Position numbers and translations under genes: made by a program. The notes beneath the pieces were generated by a model, which saw only the letters and a program-made list of their open reading frames with translations, was not told where the DNA came from and made no database searches. A stretch of 64,000 nucleotides of DNA. It comes from Steroidobacteraceae bacterium. GTDB lineage: Bacteria; Pseudomonadota; Gammaproteobacteria; Steroidobacterales; Steroidobacteraceae. The stretch's first letter is position 1; every line of letters starts with the position of its first letter. Where the stretch lies: contig DATJTJ010000130.1 of NCBI GenBank assembly GCA_035503515.1, positions 25,547 to 89,546 of the forward strand. The letters are read 5' to 3'. Below, piece after piece: positions 59,698-64,000 of this stretch.

Positions 59698-61236
59698 AAA
59701 GCCTATCTTGAAGTCCGTCTGCGGCGCATCTGCGTGGCGCGCGGTGAGCGCATGGTCCTGCGCGGCATCGACTGGCACCTGCGGCCAGGCCAGCACTGGG
59801 TGCTGGTCGGCGCCAATGGTGCGGGCAAGACCCAGCTGCTGAAGCTCATCGCCGGGGCGGTCTGGCCCGTGCCGGAACTGCAGCCTCTGCGGCGGTATCG
59901 CTGGGGCCGCGAGGTGCGCGACACCCCGTACGAAGCCCAGGACGAGATCGCGTATGTCGGCCCGGAACGCCAGGACCGCTACGAACGCTACGGCTGGAAC
60001 CATTGCGTCGAGCAGATCGTCGGTACGGGCATACATCGCACCGACATCCCGCTGCACGACTTGAGCGGCTCCGACCGGCGCACCATCGCGGCCCTGGCAC
60101 GCCGCCTGGACATCACGGCCCTGCTGCCCCGGCGTTTCCTGACGCTTTCCTATGGCGAGCGGCGCCTGGTGCTGCTGGCACGCGCCCTGGCCATCCGTCC
60201 GCGGCTGCTGCTCATGGACGAACTGCTCAATGGACTGGATGCGAAGCGGCATGCGACGGCGCTGCGTTTCCTCGCGGCGATGCGTCGTTCGCGGCTGCCG
60301 TGGATCCTGTCCGTGCACCGCCCCGAGGACGTGCCGGCCAGTGCCACGCATGCCCTGATACTCGAGGAGGGGCGGATCGCCTATCGTGGTCCAATCGGCC
60401 GGGCGCCGCTTGCGAAATGGTTTTCGCATGCAGCGGCCGCGCGCGGCGGCGTATCGGCATCCCGCGTCGCGGCGGGGCGTCCCGGGCGGCCGCGCGAGCG
60501 CGGGCAACCGCGCTTCCTGGTGCGCCTCACGAATGCAGATGTCTACCTGGACGAGCACCGGGCGCTCCGCGGCATCACGCTCACCGTCCACCGGGGCGAA
60601 TGCTGGGTGGTCCACGGCCACAACGGTTCGGGCAAGTCGACGCTCATCCGCACCCTCTACGGTGATCACGGCGTCGCGGTGGGCGGCCGCATCGAGCGCG
60701 CCGGTATCGTGGCCGGCGTGCCGCTGGATATCTTCAAGCGCTCGGTGGGACTGGTTGCACCCCATCTGCAGGCCGATCATCCGCGCGAGCTCACGGTGTC
60801 CGAGGTGGCGCAGTCCGGCCGCCATGCCAGCATCGGGCTGGTGGACGCACCCACCGCGGCGGACCGCGCGGCGGCGCGCGCCGCGCTGCGGTTCTTCGGC
60901 ATCGACGCTCTTGCCCGGCGCCGGCTCGAGGAACTCTCCTATGGACAGATGCGACGGGTGCTGTTCGCGCGGGCCTGGGTCAGCAAGCCACCGCTGCTGC
61001 TGCTCGATGAGCCCTACTCGGGAGTGGATGCGTCGACCCGGCATGCACTCATGCGCCACCTGGACGAGCTCGTCGCCGCAGGGACCACCGTGGTCATCGC
61101 GACCCATAACCGCGAGGAATGGCCGCGCGGCACCACCCACGAACTGGCATTGTCCCAAGGCAGCCCGGTATGGTGTGGGCCGATACGCCTGCGCCCCTCA
61201 CACACTTCCGCCAGGACCGCCGCCAAGTCCCGATGA
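59698..61236 (+). CDS. modF: ModF-like soluble protein with two ABC ATPase domains
   Basis: Domain 1: GANGAGKT, LSYGERRLVLLARAL, LLLMDE. Domain 2: GHNGSGKST, LSYGQMRRVLFARAW, LLLLDEP. No TM region. The start is uncertain (GTG at 59689 or 59698, ATG at 59650). Confidence 0.75.
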   Translation, partial: KAYLEVRLRRICVARGERMVLRGIDWHLRPGQHWVLVGANGAGKTQLLKLIAGAVWPVPELQPLRRYRWGREVRDTPYEAQDEIAYVGPERQDRYERYGWNHCVEQIVGTGIHRTDIPLHDLSGSDRRTIAALARRLDITALLPRRFLTLSYGERRLVLLARALAIRPRLLLMDELLNGLDAKRHATALRFLAAMRRSRLPWILSVHRPEDVPASATHALILEEGRIAYRGPIGRAPLAKWFSHAAAARGGVSASRVAAGRPGRPRERGQPRFLVRLTNADVYLDEHRALRGITLTVHRGECWVVHGHNGSGKSTLIRTLYGDHGVAVGGRIERAGIVAGVPLDIFKRSVGLVAPHLQADHPRELTVSEVAQSGRHASIGLVDAPTAADRAAARAALRFFGIDALARRRLEELSYGQMRRVLFARAWVSKPPLLLLDEPYSGVDASTRHALMRHLDELVAAGTTVVIATHNREEWPRGTTHELALSQGSPVWCGPIRLRPSHTSARTAAKSR

Positions 61237-62468
61237 CGCCATCGACCCCACCCCAAGCGCCCGCCAGGGCGCCTTCGCTGCTCTTCCTGTTCGTGGTGTC
61301 GATGATCGACGTACTGGGATTCGGCGTGCTGATTCCGCTGGTGCCCTACATAGCGCAGCGCTTCGGTGCCAGTGCCACGGTCACCACCGCCATTCTGGGC
61401 AGCTATTCGCTGTGCCAGCTGCTGGCCGCCCCGGTCTGGGGACGCCTGAGCGATCGCTACGGGCGGCGTCCGATTCTCATGAGCAGCCTGAGCGGGGCCT
61501 GCCTCTCCTACCTGATCCTGGGCTTTGCCAACGGCCTGTGGATGGTGCTGGCCTCGCGCATGCTGGCCGGCCTGATGGCGGGCAATCTCGCCGCAGCGTT
61601 CGCCTATGCCTCGGATGTGAGCACGCCGGCCACCCGCGCCAAGTCGATGGGCATGGTGGGTGCGGCCATCGGCATCGGCTTCATGCTCGGCATGCCGATC
61701 GGCGGCATGCTCGCCGGCAATCAGGCGCAAACGGCCGATTTTCTCGCCCCCGCCCTGGCATCGGCCGCGCTCAGCCTGTTCGCGCTGTCACTGGTCAAGT
61801 TCGGGCTGCCCGAAAGTCGTCGCGGACGGCAACCCACCGCCGCGGCATCTGCGGTCCGCCAGGGTCCGCTGACGCTGCTGCGACAGCGGCCCGGATTGCT
61901 GCTCATCGCCAGCGCCGCGCTGCTGGTCACCACCGCGCAGGGGATCCTCGAGTCGATCTTCGCGCTGTGGGCCCTGCACCGCTTCGGCGCGGGTCCCCGG
62001 ACGGTCGGCTTCGCGCTGTTCGGCGCAGCGTTCGTTGCAGTGCTGATGCAGGGCGGTCTGGTGCGGGTGCTCGCGCCGCGCATCGGCGAGCGGCGCCTGG
62101 CACAGGGGGGCGTGGCGTTCTACGTCGCCGGGTTGCTGGTCGTGGCGCTGGCCGCGAACAGCCTGCTGGCGGCCGCGCTGGGATTGCTGCTGTGTGGCGC
62201 CGGCATGGGCGCCTTCAGCCCCAGCGCCTCGGCGCTGGCCTCGCGCCAGTCGCATGGCGACAATCGCGGCGCCGTCATGGGCACCTACCAGTCCGCGACC
62301 AGTCTGGCGCGCGTCATCGGCCCGTTCGTCGCGGGGCCCGTGTACGCCTTCTGGGGCACGAACTCGCCTTTCATCGCCGCCGCATGCATTACCGCTCCGG
62401 CGGCACTCCTGATCTGGCGGGCGGCCGACTCCGCAACGGACGACGAGCCCAACTCGGTGCCGGAGTGA
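61233..62468 (+). CDS. MFS transporter (TCR/Tet-like drug:H+ antiporter family)
   Basis: Start MTPSTPP with ATGA overlap with the modF-like stop. Motif GRLSDRYGRRP. 12 predicted TM segments. Confidence 0.85.
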   Translation: MTPSTPPQAPARAPSLLFLFVVSMIDVLGFGVLIPLVPYIAQRFGASATVTTAILGSYSLCQLLAAPVWGRLSDRYGRRPILMSSLSGACLSYLILGFANGLWMVLASRMLAGLMAGNLAAAFAYASDVSTPATRAKSMGMVGAAIGIGFMLGMPIGGMLAGNQAQTADFLAPALASAALSLFALSLVKFGLPESRRGRQPTAAASAVRQGPLTLLRQRPGLLLIASAALLVTTAQGILESIFALWALHRFGAGPRTVGFALFGAAFVAVLMQGGLVRVLAPRIGERRLAQGGVAFYVAGLLVVALAANSLLAAALGLLLCGAGMGAFSPSASALASRQSHGDNRGAVMGTYQSATSLARVIGPFVAGPVYAFWGTNSPFIAAACITAPAALLIWRAADSATDDEPNSVPE

Positions 62469-62472
62469 AGAC

Positions 62473-63375
62473 TCAGAGGCTGATCCGGGTTTCGAAAATG
62501 GCGGTCGCCTGACCGACTATCCATACGCCGGCGACCGCCTCGTCGCGCAATTCCAGTTCGATTTCGACGCGTCCGGGGCGATGGAGGTGATGTCCCTGGG
62601 CACCGGCAAAGTGCACCTGTTCGGCCATCGGGCCGAGCAGCCGGTGACGGGCGAGATAGGTCCCGAGCATGCCATGCGCGTTGCCGCTCACCGGGTCCTC
62701 GGCGATACCCAGTGCCGGGCAGAACATCCGTGATTCGGTCAGCACCTCCGGCAGCTCCGGCGCGAGGGTAAACACGAAAAACCCCTGGGCACCCAGTTGC
62801 GCCGACAGGGTGGTCAGGCGCGAGAAGTCCGGCTTCAACTGCCGCAGGTTGTCCGCAGCCCGCACGCCCACCATGAGCCGGGTGCTGCTGGCGCCGACGA
62901 TCTGCACCGGGCAATTCGGATCCAGGTCGTGGGAGGCCAGCGCCAGGGCATCCATCACGGCCAGCCGCTCCCGATCGTTGATCTCGCGGCCCAGTGCCGG
63001 CGGGGTCTGCCGGATGGCAATGCGCCGCTGCGCATCGGCGCCGCGGATGTCCACCTCGACGATACCGCCCCGGGATTTCTGGCGCAGGCGGCGCGTGCCA
63101 TGGACGGCTGCGGAAAGCACGTAATGGGCGGCCACGCTCGCGTGGCCCACGAAGGCCGCCTCGGTGCGCGGCGTGAAGAACCGGACCCGCAGATCGTGGT
63201 CGGCGCCGTCGGGCTTGAGCACGAAGGCGGTATCGGCGTTGTTGAGCTCGCGTGCGATGGCGAGCATCTCGGCGTCGGTGAGGGGGTCTGCGTCCAGGAC
63301 GACGCCGGCGGGGTTGCCGGTGAAGCGGGTGCGGGTGAAGGCGTCGACCTGATGGACGTGGACGGTGCGCGTCAT
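62473..63375 (-). CDS. PhzF-family isomerase
   Basis: Start MTRTVHVHQVDAFTRTRFTGNPAGVV, residue 30 of track ORF 62473..63462. Also FFTPRTEAAFVGHA and EDPVSGNAHG. Confidence 0.85.
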   Translation of the reverse strand: MTRTVHVHQVDAFTRTRFTGNPAGVVLDADPLTDAEMLAIARELNNADTAFVLKPDGADHDLRVRFFTPRTEAAFVGHASVAAHYVLSAAVHGTRRLRQKSRGGIVEVDIRGADAQRRIAIRQTPPALGREINDRERLAVMDALALASHDLDPNCPVQIVGASSTRLMVGVRAADNLRQLKPDFSRLTTLSAQLGAQGFFVFTLAPELPEVLTESRMFCPALGIAEDPVSGNAHGMLGTYLARHRLLGPMAEQVHFAGAQGHHLHRPGRVEIELELRDEAVAGVWIVGQATAIFETRISL

Positions 63376-63456
63376 GCTTCGGCTGCTCCTGTTAGCGCAG
63401 GGCATGGAACTGCGGGCTTGCGCGCATTGTATGCCCTTCCTGCGACAATTCCGTGC

Positions 63457-63484
63457 TTGCAAAGGGGCGCGCAGTCACTAACAT
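63457..63484 (+). promoter_or_regulatory. Candidate sigma70 promoter (TTGCAA - 16 nt - TAACAT) for the riboswitch/receptor transcript
   Basis: Hexamers read by eye. Spacing and position just upstream of the riboswitch are appropriate. Coordinates are good to about +/-1 nt. Confidence 0.35.
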
Positions 63485-63493
63485 AAGCACCCT

Positions 63494-63590
63494 AGAACCT
63501 TGGGGTGGCTTCTGCGGAAGCCTGAGACGCGGGATTGGCCTGCGAACCCGTTGAACCTGATCCGGGTAATACCGGCGTAGGGAGCAGGTG
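63494..63590 (+). promoter_or_regulatory. TPP (THI-box) riboswitch
   Basis: GGGGTGGC...GCCTGAGA...AACCCGTTGAACCTGATCCGGGTAATACCGGCGTAGGGAG matches the conserved TPP aptamer core (CUGAGA, ACCUGAUC-GG-UAAUACC-GCGUAGGGA). Boundaries are approximate. Confidence 0.85.
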
Positions 63591-64000
63591 TGACAAGTCG
63601 CGCGATTACCGCCCATTCCGGGTTTTTCCTCTTTACTCTTGCGGCGCTCGCCAGGGTCGCCTGCGCCGCGGACTCCGCAGCCACCGGCGATGATCTGCAA
63701 GAAGTGGTGGTTTCGGCGACGTTGCTGCGGGATGAACCCGCCCAGGCCGTCCCCGCGAGCATCACGGTCCTTGACTCCGCAACGCTCAAGGCGATCGGCC
63801 AGCAGCATTTCGAGGACGTGATCGGCATGGTGCCGAATCTGAACTGGTCGGGCGATACCAACCGGCCCCGCTACTTCCAGATCCGGGGCATCGGCGAACT
63901 CGACGAGTACCAGGGTGCTCCCAACCCTTCGGTGGGGTTCCTGATCGATGACATCGACTTCAGCGGCATCGGTACCGTCGGCACGCTGTTCGACATGGAC
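63590..64000 (+). CDS. TonB-dependent outer-membrane receptor (N-terminal 137 codons; continues beyond the window)
   Basis: Not in the ORF track because there is no stop in the window. GTG start 5 nt after GGGAG. Signal peptide FFLFTLAALARVACA. TonB-box/plug region DDLQEVVVSAT...ITVLDSATLKAIGQQHFEDVIGMVPNLNWSG...RYFQIRGIG. Confidence 0.85.
   Translation, partial: MTSRAITAHSGFFLFTLAALARVACAADSAATGDDLQEVVVSATLLRDEPAQAVPASITVLDSATLKAIGQQHFEDVIGMVPNLNWSGDTNRPRYFQIRGIGELDEYQGAPNPSVGFLIDDIDFSGIGTVGTLFDMD

Noticed and set aside
59614-62512. Long alternative-frame ORFs 59614..61158(-) and 60386..62512(+)
   Set aside because: They overlap the ModF-like and MFS genes, which have Walker/signature motifs and 12 TM helices. 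The alternative frames give Arg/Pro/Gly-rich sequences.

Overview
This is a 64-kb chromosomal segment from a high-G+C proteobacterium. Gene content looks gammaproteobacterial (Xanthomonadales/Nevskiales-like), but the taxon cannot be verified here. I support about 51 protein-coding genes, one tRNA-Arg and one TPP riboswitch. I saw no rRNA, CRISPR array, transposase, integrase or phage genes. Most of the window is housekeeping: folE, msrB, typA, glgB-glgX, glpQ, azurin plus ferredoxin-NADP reductase, tesB, proBA, a compact molybdenum-cofactor operon, glpD-glpK, a multicopper oxidase and three cyclic-nucleotide signalling proteins. The best candidate for an uncharacterised system is an eight-gene, translationally coupled operon at 39.1-52.9 kb. 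It is built around a MoxR AAA+ ATPase, DUF58 and vWA/BatA-type membrane proteins. It also encodes an exported caspase/legumain-like protein with no Cys at the catalytic position, a TPR protein with an HExxH motif, a DUF4159-like protein and an 1187-aa low-complexity membrane protein. Other points worth a second look:
- MoaE-MoeB-rhodanese and MobA-MoaD gene fusions.
- A 106-aa hyperacidic protein coupled to an FAD oxidase.
- An alpha/beta-hydrolase-fold lipoprotein that has lost its catalytic Ser and His.
- A frame-disrupted TonB-C-domain gene downstream of padR.
- A tRNA-Arg with anticodon UCG.
- A TPP riboswitch directly in front of a TonB-dependent receptor.
Many long ORFs in the supplied track are antisense or off-frame artefacts of the high G+C content and were rejected. 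All family assignments come from reading motifs by eye; no searches were run.
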